A stretch of DNA of 63,986 bases, the filler included, from Streblomastix strix (Eukaryota): the NCBI GenBank assembly GCA_008636045.1. It is 3 parts of 3 records of this genome, joined end to end, with 100 filler letters (N's around TTAATTAATTAA, not from the genome) between each part and the next. Parts side by side here need not be neighbours in the genome. Positions count along the whole stretch, not along the records: positions 21,490 to 42,868 come from SNRW01000374.1; positions 42,969 to 63,986 come from SNRW01000400.1; 1 more part is not named here. One strand, written 5' to 3'. Under the pieces are notes generated by a model. It had not been told where the DNA came from and ran no database searches. It saw only the letters and a list, made by a program, of their open reading frames with translations. Shown in pieces: positions 37,869-50,515 of the stretch (position 1 is its first letter; every line of letters begins with the position of its first letter). The translations under genes and the position numbers were made by a program.

Positions 37869-39612
37869 ATGTCTTAAAAGCTAGGATTTGGTGCAAAAAA
37901 TACGGACTCTCCCATCGTCGGTATAGACAGATAATTATGTTATGTACATATTTCTTTAACTCAAAATCCTTTAAACACAAATCAAATTCGAATTCCTATC
38001 ATCCATGCGTTTTTCGAGATTTTTTGAAAAATCGGCTTTAATGAATCAAATCAGCCATTAAATCACATCTTTGAATGTAATTTGAATCTTACATTATATA
38101 TCGCGTTTTTTAGGTTATGTCAAGGTTCGTGATGCCTCTTAATGGGCCATTGTTACCATATGGTAGTGTTCTTTAGTATCCAGCCAAAGTACGCGTTCTA
38201 CCACCTCCACCTTCCTTGGAAAAGAAAGAAAATGTACATCCTACAGTAAATTCAACAAAAGGGGGTCCTGAACACAATCTCACTGCATCAGCAAAAGGGA
38301 GTCCCGAACACCATCTCTCAGCATCAGCAAAAGAGTTTAAAGCTGGTAAATTTCATTTTACGCAACACCAGGCTGTTAACACCACAATTCCAACTCCAAC
38401 TAATGAATAATCTACAAATGCGCCCACTCTTAATTAAAAAATTGAGTAATCAAACTCTGGAATGGCGGTTATTTCTGTTGATTAAAATGGACCAAATTAA
38501 ACTAATATCCCATTATAGAATGACAAAGCTGTATTATCTTAATTACCCCCTCCCCCACCTCCACCCCCATTATAATATGAACCACAACAGATGATTTCTG
38601 ACTATTAGCCTCCTTACTATCCAATATAACCATAAATACCATTTTAAGATGGAATGATTGATGATTATAGTATACATTACAATCAAGGATTGCTCTAGGA
38701 TAGATTTCAATAATTATACATAAATCAAAGACCATATTAGAATCAGCAGTCATTTAATAGAAACCCCATTTAATTAGATTATTTTCAACCTCAGACATAA
38801 TAATTTTCCTATGAACCTAAAGTCATAAAAGATCAAAGGAAGAGATTGGCTCAAGAAAAGAGAAAAGCAGCCTTCAAATTACTCCCTCCTGAAGGACCAT
38901 GGGGAGGAGAATATCCAAAACTTGAGCCTCTATTTCAGAATAAACCCAGAATCCCAATTATTATAGAGAAGAAAGATGCAAAGATATTAAGTGAGAATGA
39001 AGGAGAGTTGAGTTCAGAAGTTAATAACCTTAATATATAATAAGAGTTGGGAGATTAAATGAAATTAATCTCTGATCAAGATTAGGAAATTAAGACAGAA
39101 TCTGGATCTGCTGTGATGAATGCTGAAGATATTAATTCCTTTAAATAAAAAGCATTTGGTATTTAATAAGTTGGAGCACATCCCCGTCTTAAGGAAATTA
39201 CTTCAGATCATGACCGATTTACTGTATCAATGAAAGCTATTAATCTCTTTGAATATTATTTAGATCTATTTCCAGGATTGAAATTAGATAATAAGCGATT
39301 TAGAGCCAAGGTCTTGCCTTCATTGAATATGGCCACGATGACAGCATGGTTGAGTAATAATATTGTATATTAAATATTATATTAAAATTGTTTACTAATA
39401 TTAATTTATTATTTCTTTATTATAATTTCTTTCTTTATTTATCAATATTCAAGTTCAAAGATAACGTATATTTAGATTTGAAATTACTATCTTAGGGTGA
39501 TCTTGCTTATATTTTCGCAGGGGCAACAGTAGAATTTGAAATCATAATAAATGAACGACCGAGAAGTTTCTTTTGTGGCATTAATCCTAATATAGTATAT
39601 TCAAATGAGTGA
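37869..39612 (+). CDS. Hypothetical Pro/Gln-rich host protein with introns
   Basis: Long TAR=Gln frame ~38115-39350 flanked by GT-AG introns; no family recognised; ends uncertain. Confidence 0.65.
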
Positions 39613-39910
39613 GTATCTTTTTAGAAAACATCTTACAATCCTATTAATATATTCTTTTAAGTAAAACATATAAATTGAATTCAAGATTATTGAGTATAAA
39701 TTCATTCAACATTATTTTTAGGTGAATATTTTCATGCATTTCCACATCACAATTAAGAATTAGGTTCGAAAATCTTGTACAAGTATTATATACAAGTTTT
39801 ATTCATATCACACTTTTTCAGGTATTATAAACACAATAAACAAATGAAAATAAAATGGAATGGATCAGAATATATTAGTTTATTATTTTTTATTCAGATT
39901 TTTAAAGAAG

Positions 39911-40380
39911 GTTAAGGAGAATATGAAAGATATTTAATTTTCGCATGATTGAAATGAAAAAAGAAAATTATGACTGAAGATTATAGATTCCATTTAAGTA
40001 TGAATTGTTTAAGTTATTTGTATATTAATATTATAATATGTATTAACATATAATACATTTTTTCAATCAAACAACAATTTATCTTTCAATACATTGAAAA
40101 TTTCTACAATTAACACAAATATAATAATACTCACCGGTTACATCATTAATGATAAATTAATAAATATTTTCCCATCTATAAATATGAATATTAACCAATT
40201 ATATACGAATTATCTGTTTTGTACAAATTTCTCTGTATAAATATCATCAAAGTTTCGAAATTAAAAATTCACCCAGGATTCTCCGTGTATTACACATAAA
40301 TTTATGATTGTTTTCTTTCTCACTTGAATACAATCATAGCATATTTTTTTTGCTGAATTTAATATAATTTGTACATCACA
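39911..40380. repeat. Intergenic block B'
   Basis: Copy of 31912-32381. Confidence 0.95.
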
Positions 40381-40638
40381 TTATTATTATTTTTACTCAA
40401 CAATTTCCATATTTGAAAACACTTATTATATCAGTGAGTCTAATTTACCTTAATAATTTTTTACTTGAACAGTAAATAATTTCATATTTTCTTTATATTC
40501 ATTAATTTTATATTATATGAAATCAAAAGGCAATCACAAATATTTGTGAATAAACTTGAAATAATATAAATCTTTAATAAAATTTCAACTCTTAATATTA
40601 TAATTACTAATTTTATTTTATTTTATTAATAGTAAGTA

Positions 40639-42345
40639 ATGGCCAACAAAAAAATTTGTGCTAATATAGTTATTGTTCATCCAGAGCTTATTATTGGAGG
40701 TGCAGAACGACTTATTTTAGATGCAGCAATCGGACTTTAATAGCTTGATCACAAAGTTGAAGTATATACTGGATTTCTTAATAAATCTAACTGTTTTAGT
40801 GAAGTTAAAGATGGTATTTAACTTTTTATATCTTTTTTTATTCATTTTACATTTTATTAGGAACGATTAAAGTGAATGTTCGAGGAAATTGGCTCCCAAA
40901 GAAACTTTTTGGGATTGGACATGCATTCTTTAGTATTCTTCGGATGATCTATATATCTTTTTCACTTGTGATGGATGTCCTCTTTCGTAGAAAGCATTTT
41001 GATGTAATAATGTGCGATTAAGTTTCTATCTGCATTCCAATTTTGAAGCTTCTTAGAAAACCAATATTCTTTTATTGCCATTTTCCTGATAGATTCTTGT
41101 CTAAAGAAAGTAATTCAATGATTAAAAGAGCGTATAGATATGTTATTGATGGTCTTGAATCATATACTATGAATAAAGCAGATGCTATTGCAGTAAATAG
41201 TATATTTACATAAGGTAAGTTTGCAAATGCATTCCCCAATATTGTTTCTAAAGGAAAAGGATTACCAGTTGTTCTTTATCCTCCAGTAGATATCACAAGT
41301 GCCATTTAGTACGACGAATAGATCACAAAGGAAGATATTAATCTGAATAAACTACCAGATAATGTATCATCTGCAATACAAAGAAAGACGAACATCAATA
41401 TTCAAAGTTCGCGAAGAAACCCATTTGTTGTTTTGTCAATCAATCGCTTTGAGAAGAAGAAAAATATATTGCTGGCAATTCGTTCATTCAAAGCATGTCA
41501 ATAACTTGCTCCTGGATTTGTGGATCATTCTCTTCTGGTCATAGCTGGTGGATATGATTAAGCAAATCCTGATAATAGAGAATGCTATTCATAACTAAAA
41601 AGAGAAGCTATTCAACTTGGACTTGCAAAAGAACTCAAATCAGATGATTAGGAGAATAATAACACTGATGAAGACAATGAAGAATCAAGTGAAGATGATG
41701 AAAAGGAATTAATTGAAGAAGATAGTAATGTAATATTTGTACGATCATTCAGCAGTGAACAAAAAGCATCATTACTTGGAGCTGCTTCATGTTTGCTCTA
41801 TACACCATCTGGAGAGCATTTTGGAATAGTCCCGTGTGTATTATAATTATAAAATACTGATAATTAACATTTAATAATTGTAATATTATATTAATATTTT
41901 TATTCCATTATATATCTGTAGTGTAGAAGCAATGTCATTTCGCTGTCCTGTTATTGCAGTTGATGATGGAGGTCCTCGTGAAAGTATCATTGATGGGGGA
42001 AGATTGATCAGCAATTCACTATCAGGATCTGCTAATAAATAGAATATCAACTAGGATGAAGCACCAACTGGATTTCTTTGCCGTTCAGATGCCATGGAAT
42101 TTGCTGGTCGGATGATACAGCTCAAAGCACTGAATGACAATATTTATGATCAGATTGGATGGAATGGAAGATAAAGAGCATAAAACGTATTCTCATTGAA
42201 TGAGTTTGCTGATGGAGTGGAGAGAATCATTCTGAATCTTCTTAAAAGGAAGATTGATCCTGAACTCTAAAATGATAGTATAATTGATAAAGAGAACAAA
42301 AAACAAGAAAATAAGAAAAGAAAGAAATCTAAAAAGAATTAATGA
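40639..42345 (+). CDS. ALG2: Alpha-1,3/1,6-mannosyltransferase ALG2, two introns
   Basis: [61 protein letters not shown]. Confidence 0.95.
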
Positions 42346-42384
42346 AATGATTATTAAGTATGTATTTTTTATTATATTGTAGTT

Positions 42385-42868
42385 TAATAATAAATAAAAG
42401 GAATTTTGCGTCGATTTTGTACAACAATCACTTAATTTTATTTTTTCAATTCATTTTATGAGTGAAATGAAATTATATTTTTACTACCAATCTTAATTTT
42501 TCTTGCCTAAAATCAATTTTATACAAAATTAATTTGCTTCATCTTATTGAAAGATCAACTCATAAATTTGTTTGTCAATTCGTATTCTTTCGTTTTCAAA
42601 GCCCCATACAGCTCTTTATCTGAAATGTGAAATAACAGCGCGTTCTCTTCATTTGCTTATTCTAATATGTTAAAACACACAACTTCACTTTAATTATAAA
42701 AAGATCAATGCAAATTGGCGAATTTGTTTGCCATATTTAAGGAGTAATATAAATTCGAGTTTTATTACACGTGCAAATAGAGAATAATACCATACGTGAA
42801 TAATTTAATACCACATCTAATTTCTCAATATTTCTAGTAATTTATTCTAAATAATTATCAATTTAACC
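42385..42868. repeat. Intergenic block A' running into contig end
   Basis: Copy of 30001-30484. Confidence 0.95.
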
Positions 42869-42968
42869 NNNNNNNNNNNNNNNNNNNNNNNNNNNNNNNN
42901 NNNNNNNNNNNNTTAATTAATTAANNNNNNNNNNNNNNNNNNNNNNNNNNNNNNNNNNNNNNNNNNNN
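42869..42968. other. Assembly gap/linker
   Basis: N-run with central TTAATTAATTAA. Confidence 0.98.
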
Positions 42969-43108
42969 GATCCAAATCAAATGCATCAATTGGCAACACT
43001 AAAGGATCTGCAAAGAAGAAGAAACCAGTTGATGAAGATGATGAAGAAGAGGAGAGCGAAGAAAAACCTAAGAAGAAAAAGAAAAAGAAGAAAAAAGCCG
43101 ATGAATGA
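42969..43108 (+). CDS. 3' end of a host gene with acidic/Lys-rich tail
   Basis: ...AKKKKPVDEDDEEEESEEKPKKKKKKKKKADE*. Confidence 0.65.
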
Positions 43109-43473
43109 ATGTGATGCTCTTAATTGTCATAAATTTTACTCAATAGTTTAATAAAGAGTTGGTTTATATACATACAATAATAGATACTTGTAAGTCGGCT
43201 GAGATTGATTTGTATCAGTTATTTTCCTCGAAACAACTTTCCCTGTTTATATTTCAGTGTGAAATCATACAATTTACTTGCACTTAAATTTATTGGCAAT
43301 ATTTCAATTATTTTTTCACAAGCAATCGTGCTGAAATGGAGAAAGGTAGAAAACTGTTTTCTAACCATTTTATCAATTTATATTTGCTGCAGCTTATATA
43401 ATTTAAATACATTTATTTTTTGCTGCAAATATCATATAAAACAATAAGTTTATTATTTAAATTATTCGATAAA

Positions 43474-43859
43474 ATGCATTTTAAACTCGAGATAATTAAA
43501 TTGTGTATTTCTCTCGTATTTTACATTATTTTTTCTTATGATATATATTAATCTCATTAATATTCAGCAGAACGTTGACTCCCGAGGTTATTGAACCTAA
43601 TCCACCTGTTCCACATCAAATTAATGTCAGAGTTGCAATTGGTTAGTTAAATCTGGCGATTTTGCTTGATTTGATAGATACAGATACGATACAAAGCGTG
43701 ATAAACAACACAATTAGCTAAATATAATATAGATTCAATATGAAATTTGTTAGATTATATTACAATCATCGACTTTTTGAAGAAAAGAAAATTTTGCGAG
43801 ATTATTACATCAAAAACGAGGCAATTTTGTATTTGAGTTACAGTCTTCCATCAAACTGA
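43474..43859 (+). CDS. Ubiquitin-like domain protein (5' exon uncertain)
   Basis: INVRV...DTDTIQSV...RLYYNHRLFEEKKILRDYYIKNEAILYL follows the ubiquitin RLIF.G..LED..TL.DY.I pattern. Confidence 0.7.
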
Positions 43860-44089
43860 AACAACTTTCTTAATTTATTACACCTGTTCAATAAAAGTAC
43901 TAATTATCCATTTCAATTGTCTTTAATACTATTTTTTTCTGTTTTATAAATTAAAACGATATTTATTTCTTAAATATTATAATCAATAAATACCTTTATT
44001 TATTTTATTAAAATTTGAAAGTTATATATAAATCAATGAAAATTAGTTGAGTATTTTCAAATATGAAAAATCAAAGATAATCACCTAAA

Positions 44090-44505
44090 TTGTTCTTATT
44101 CTTACTCTTATTCCTTTAAATATTCTTTCTCTTATTCTTTTTCTTATTCTTATTCCTTCTATTAATCTTTCTCTTATTCATATTCTTTTTCTAATTCTTT
44201 TTTTTTTCTTTTTCGTTCAATGATTCTTTATCTTATTCTTTTTCTTATTCTTTCTCTTATTCTTTCTCTTATTCTTATTCTTTCTTTTATTCTTTCTCTT
44301 ATTCTTATTCTTATTCTTATTCTTTCTCTTATTCTTTCTATTATTCTTTCTTTTATTTTTATTTTTGTTCTTTCTCTTATTCAATCTATTCTTTCTTTTA
44401 TTCTTTTTCTTATTCTATCTATTATTCTTATACTTTTTCTTATTCTTTCTCTTATTCTTTCTCTAATTTTTATTCTTTCTCTTATTTTTTTCTATCTCTT
44501 ATAAC
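44090..44505. repeat. Low-complexity (TTCTTA/TTCTCT)n tract; Arg/Glu-rich coding on minus strand possible
   Basis: Degenerate hexamer repeats; short GT-AG introns upstream on the minus strand (44600-45200). Confidence 0.7.
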
Positions 44506-45294
44506 TGTTTTTTCTATTAATCTTTTTTTTGAAATTTATCACTTTGTGTAATAATTATTTACTCAATACAATTTATATATTTTGTTTGTATATTAGTAAG
44601 AGGAGATAGCTGAACAAAGACTCGAATATGCTATAAAGGAAGAAGCATTTTAGTGACCATACCTGAAAATTGTAATCAGTATTTATTATTCACTTTATTA
44701 TAACTCACGTCAAATAAAAGTGGTTACATAAAAAAAATTGATTAATAATTTTTTCTGTCAATATTTTGATATTAATAATTTTATTGGATAAATAATAACA
44801 AATTAAAATCATGATAAATAAGAATAATTTCCAATAATTATTTATTTAGCATAATCATTATCTAAAATGAAATGAAAATTTCTCTCATAATCGCCATATA
44901 TTTTGAAATATTTAAAAGAATAATTATACATTGATATATCTATCTACGTTCTTACTGAAGAGATTTGACTACACAGATTCTATTATTCCTTCTTTCTATA
45001 AATAAATAAATCAAAACTAAGAAATTAATTCAACAAATTAAAATAAATAATGATGAGAATAAAAAAATGTTAATAAATTATATTTTATACCTCAAGATCT
45101 TCATTTACACGCTTTATAGCGGAATAAGAATTTTTGTCTATATTTTTTTATTCAATGTCTTAATTTAGAATTATAAACAATAATTCTGAAATAAAAAATA
45201 AACATATCTAATTTTTATTAGCATAATTTAGGCTATATTTGATTTATCATTGAAGTTATTAAGTTTTTTCAAATATAGCCATGGATACTGTCAA

Positions 45295-45488
45295 AGATAA
45301 TATACAAAAATTTTGGAAGTCAAAATTTTTCGTATAAAAATAACAACTTTCATCCACGCCAATTGACTATGAACTTCAACACATATTGTTATTTATTATA
45401 TCAACTTCGTTGACGGCATAAATGCAAGCTAAATGGTATAAAAAATGTATCGAATTGTTAACTATATATATCAACAAAAAAATAATAT
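45295..45488. repeat. Left TIR
   Basis: Reverse complement of 60140-60330 (e.g. caacttcgttgacggcataaatgc / gcatttatgctgtcaacgaagttg; aaaaaatgtatcgaattgttaa / ttaacaattcgatacatttttt). Confidence 0.9.
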
Positions 45489-45584
45489 TAATTGGTAAAA
45501 ATTAATATGATTATCTATAATGATTATTAATTTTTTATTTTCTAATAAATTTTGAAGTTAACAAAACCATAAATTTTTTAATTA

Positions 45585-48414
45585 ATGGCTATTGTTAGAT
45601 CAATTAATGAATCAGAGAAATATAGTTCATTACATTCTGAATTATTAACTAAATTATGCGATTTAAATTATACAGGAAGTAGAACAAACATTAATGATGA
45701 ACAACATTTTCTTCAGGAATAATTTGCATTACCATATCAATAACTTATGTAAGAAAATGATATCAATTAATCAGATTTCATAGATAAGTTGTATGATAGA
45801 TGACATTAACTTTTCATTAATGAATTTTATGTTGATAGAATATATAATGATATAATTAATAAAGCAAAATAGAGATTAAAAATATATGATAATATAAATT
45901 AATACAAAGTTAAATAGTTAAATGTTGATAAAATATATAAAGATAAAATCAAGAAACTTAAGCAAAATTTGAATCAATAATTGAAGTAAAATGAAGATAA
46001 TTTCTCTAATACATTTTCAACAATTGAGATTCTAAAAAGATTAAATAAATTATCATAAATAGTATTACAATTATGTGATGTTGATAGTGAAGATGAAGCA
46101 ATTGAAGCAACAAAAAGAATAAATAAATTTTAAAAATAATGAAGCAATTGCTGAAGATGTTTATGGTGAAATTTCTTATAAATTTCATTAATTTAATAAT
46201 CTAATTAAGAAACTGAAACTCTCTTAATTTGCAAATATAGAATATGATTCATACAAGGGACTTCCATTTTAAGTTCAAATTGATTTTGGAGTTCCTATTT
46301 AACGAAAACTTGATGGAAATAAATATGAATATTCTTGTAAAATTCCTTCATTAGATAATGCTTTCATACATAAATATTCAACAATATCTAACAAAAAATC
46401 ACTAGAATAATTCAAAGTAGATATGTTTAAACAGTTAAGAGAACTAATGGAACGGACATATGAAGACACTAGAAAACTGATAGTTGGAATATTTAATGTA
46501 ATGTTCACTACTTATAAATTAATAGATTGTGGAGCAAAAATGCCGTTTCTTGATAAACAAGTTAAATAACATTCAGTTCATAATATTGATTCTGATTACA
46601 AAATATGTTTCTTTATAGCATTATTCAATAAAATAGGAAGCTTAATAGATGAAAAAGTTAATAACCTCTAAGTAATTTCATTTATTAAACAATTATTTGC
46701 TTATTTCTATAAAATTCAAGATAAATATTAACTGTTTGAGTATTTATATAATACAGCTAAGTAAGAATAATCTCTTAACAAATATCTAGAATGTTATTAG
46801 GAGGTTCAATATTTCTAATGAAATGATTAAATTTATTGAAACATTTAATCTTGTAGTTAACATATACACATATCATGAAAAATTAGAAGGAAAAACAAGC
46901 AAATATAGACAATTTAATTCATATAGTTAACTTAATAATGAATCAATGACTTTTGACTTATTATTCATTAGTGATGGAAATGCGTAGCATGTAATGTAAG
47001 TGTCTGGCGGAAAAATGCACATCGGTGTTTTTATATGTCCTTATTGCCAAAATTATATAACATTATTGTCAAAAACAAATGATAGAGCTAATAAATATTT
47101 CAATATTTATGTAGAAAAATGTTAGTCATCAACTCATGAACCATCAATTTTATTACATGATTTTTCAATGCCAATTTGCCCTGCAATACTAAGTCACCCT
47201 ACAATAGAGTATTTAATAGCTAATGGATTATTGGATCAATTTAAAGAATAGCGAGGATTTATAACATATGAATTTGAAAAATTAAGTGATTAAATTATGG
47301 AAAATGTAATTGATTAAACAGCATTACGCTCACAATTATCTAGATTATCAATTGCATCAACAAAAGTGTTCCCCAACTAAGGCAAATCATATGAATTAGT
47401 TAAGAGATGCTAAACATTATTTGATGAGTTATCTATCAATTATTAGGAATGATTAGAAAATTATGAAATATGCAACTCCTCATCATTTGTTCATTTATGG
47501 CTTGCATAGACATTTGAATTGACAGAATAGATATACTAGTGTATGAAGTATGATGACGAAAATATTCCTTTTGATAAATGTGTTAAGGTATTGGGTTGAA
47601 AAAGTTCAAGATTTGATATTACTCTGTTACGGAATGCATTAGGTTGTGAACTTTGGACAATGGGTGTACCTATCGGTGATCTCAATAGTACTGAATCAAT
47701 TACAGTAATGCCTTAGAAATCATATATGAAATTATAATTTATAGATGCTGAGAATTTATCTGGACGAATGACATTAAAAACATGCGAAAAAGATTATGGA
47801 AACAAATCTGAACATAAAGATATATTTCCTTTTGAACTTATTAACTCAAAGAATTGGAAAAAAATATTAATGAAAACAGAACCATTTGAATATGATTATT
47901 TTAAATCATTACTCAAAGGAAATTATTCTATCATAAAAGATGAAAAAGATTAATATTTGGTTGATTTAAAGAGATTCACTAACAGATTAGAATATCATAT
48001 ATATTATAATATTAACAACACGGAGATTATGGTTAAACCATTAATGAATTTAATTGATGAATTTGATTAATTCAATATTGATGTTTTACATTATATTACA
48101 ATAGCTTCATGTGCATATGCAACGAAACATTATCCAACATACTTTACTTATAAGTTTAATTTTAAAGTTTATAAACAAGTTTGTTATGAAGATTTTGATA
48201 TTACTGCTGATTATTCCTATCCAAATCCTAATGCTAAACCTTTTGTACTAACAAAATGGAATTGGAAAAATAAGTGTTATCACTATAAATAATGAGATTA
48301 TAAAACTGGTAGAGAGATAGATAAAATGTAACAGCTGGTGACTATGATTACTATAAAAAGTTATTTGAAACATCAGTGTGTTCAATTTGTAGTGCAAAGT
48401 TCACATACGATAAA
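45585..48414 (+). pseudogene. pPolB copy 3: N-terminal and exonuclease regions only
   Basis: ICPYCQ, GFITYEFE, VLG*KSSRFD, FIDAE, KDIFPFE, CSICSAKFTYDK then abrupt break; polymerase motifs absent. Confidence 0.85.
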
Positions 48415-49330
48415 GTAAATTATTTTAAAATATCTTCTCACTAAACAAAGAACTTATTTGATATTTATCCTTAAACTAATACCCAAGAACCTCATGATAA
48501 TTAACTCAATCCACTAGCGAAATTTGAAAGACCATACTTCTCAATCAACTATAATTCTTGGGAAATAGACTATGTATTCATAATAAAAAAGAATGTTGAA
48601 ATTAAACAATATCTATTTGCTATCAATGTAAACATTAAGTACTTGATAGTAACACCAGTGAAATCAAAATAAAAAATTCCAATATTTGAGGTATTAAAAT
48701 AGCTTATATGACTTGTTTAGATTGATGATATCAGAGGAGATGGTGAGAGAGCTTATGCATCAAAATTACAAAATGATTTCTATAAATAAAATAAATTTAT
48801 AACATTCTACACATATAGTAAATTCACTAATCACGATAGAGTAATTGATGAAATAATTCGAACAATAAGAAATGCATTTGGTATTAATATTTATGAACTT
48901 GTTAATGAATAATTTATGTAATAAACAGTTGATTTATGTAATCACACTCCACATATTGCTTACTAAAATAAGTAGTCCAATATAAGTTTAAAATGATAAG
49001 CGAATAGAAGATTAATACATATATCATTAATAATAATAATTAAATGAAATCTGAAATTTATAAAAATAATACAGTTTAATTAATATTAAAAAAGTAATAT
49101 ATTACTGTTACACATTGATATCGCAAAGATAAAACATTAATTTTATGAAATTAGACACAATTTCAATAATATTGGTGTATTTATGGAATAAGTTAATGGA
49201 AATGTTAAAATAGAATTATTGAGTCCATATAATGAATTATAAACAGTAACTTTACCAATATTCTTCATAAAATTAGTAGCAAAAATATAAATGAATTGAA
49301 TAATGAATATAAGTAATATTATAAATTAAA
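48415..49330 (+). pseudogene. rve integrase
   Basis: RPYFSINYNSWEIDYV, YLFAINVN, DIRGDGERAY, FTNHDRVIDEIIRTIRNAFG, NHTPH. Confidence 0.85.
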
Positions 49331-49359
49331 ATTATGAATTTTTTTTTATTATTATTGAA

Positions 49360-49677
49360 ATGGAAACAACAATCGAAACTAAAATGAATGAAACTGAAAG
49401 TGAATAAGATAACTTATAAATTGAAAAGAGATCAGTTGGAAGACCAAAGAAATACTTCAATGAAAATGATTGAAAGCAAGCAGTACCAAAACAGCAGTTA
49501 ACAACAAAGAGAAGATATGCACAAAAGAAAGCCTAGATTTACAGTAAAAATAAAACTATGCAAAAATAATTAATGTAATTATTATCTGATCAAAATTTTA
49601 AAGAAAATTATATGAATTTTATGTTAGAATGGTTATAAATTGACTTTGAATAAAAGATCATACAGAAGAATAATTGA
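49360..49677 (+). pseudogene. AT-hook small DNA-binding protein
   Basis: KRSVGRPKKY; one in-frame TGA at 49471. Confidence 0.65.
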
Positions 49678-49703
49678 CTTAAAATTTTTTTATCTAATTG
49701 AAA

Positions 49704-49877
49704 ATGATATTTGAAATCATAGTCAGTACTTCATTAATAATCATAACATTATTTGAGACAACTAATCTGTTTTTAATTGCCAGTGGATTTGATGTAATAA
49801 GCGGGTTTGTAAAAGGTGATGAAAGAGATATTCATAAAAAAGATCACTCTGAAGAGTAATTATCTTAGTTTAATTGA
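49704..49877 (+). CDS. Small protein with hydrophobic N-terminal segment
   Basis: MIFEIIVSTSLIIITLFETTNLFLIASG...*. Confidence 0.45.
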
Positions 49878-49909
49878 GAATTTATGATTGTTGTTTTTCT
49901 TCATACAAA

Positions 49910-50461
49910 ATGACGTAAATTTTATCTCCAGGATCATCATAAACATCAATACCCACAATTATTGGAGAATATTCATCATTTGAAAAAAAATAATAAACAT
50001 CTATTGATTCTCAATAACAATCTATTATGAAAAGAAGCTCAATATTTGAAAATGAATTAACTGCGGATTCATCAGTTTGTAAATGGTTATTGGATATAAA
50101 AAGTGAAGATGAACATATGTTAAAAGAATCTGCTCATTTCATTTTATCTGTATCCTAACTCATTCGAGTTGTTGCATATACATTTGATGTTCACGAATAA
50201 TAAATGTAACTGAATGAAGATATTAGTACATTCTGCACTAGATTCATGAATGACGGTACTATAACATTAAGTGAGATCCTTATTGGAAATGTAAATATTC
50301 ACGCATTATATGAAAATATAGTTAATTTATTAAGTGATACTTATAAGTTATGTCTGCAGAAAGTAAGAAAAATAACATCTATTTTAGACTTAAGCTAGAT
50401 ATCTTCAAGAGTAATGCAAGCAGTGTCGTAAGGATTATTAGCAATTCTAAATAAAATTTGA
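49910..50461 (+). pseudogene. Hypothetical viral protein
   Basis: Coding-like, one A-run frameshift near the 5' end. Confidence 0.45.
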
Positions 50462-50515
50462 TGAGCAGTTGAGTTGTTTATTTTTGAATAAATTTTACAA
50501 AGTGAAGCACATATA

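Noticed and set aside
44220..44504. Ile/Leu-rich 'membrane protein' ORF in the track
   Set aside because: Artefact of translating a pyrimidine-rich low-complexity tract
45280..45300. Target-site duplication and AGT terminus for the 15-kb element
   Set aside because: Not visible; outer TIR ends appear eroded, so exact boundaries are unproven
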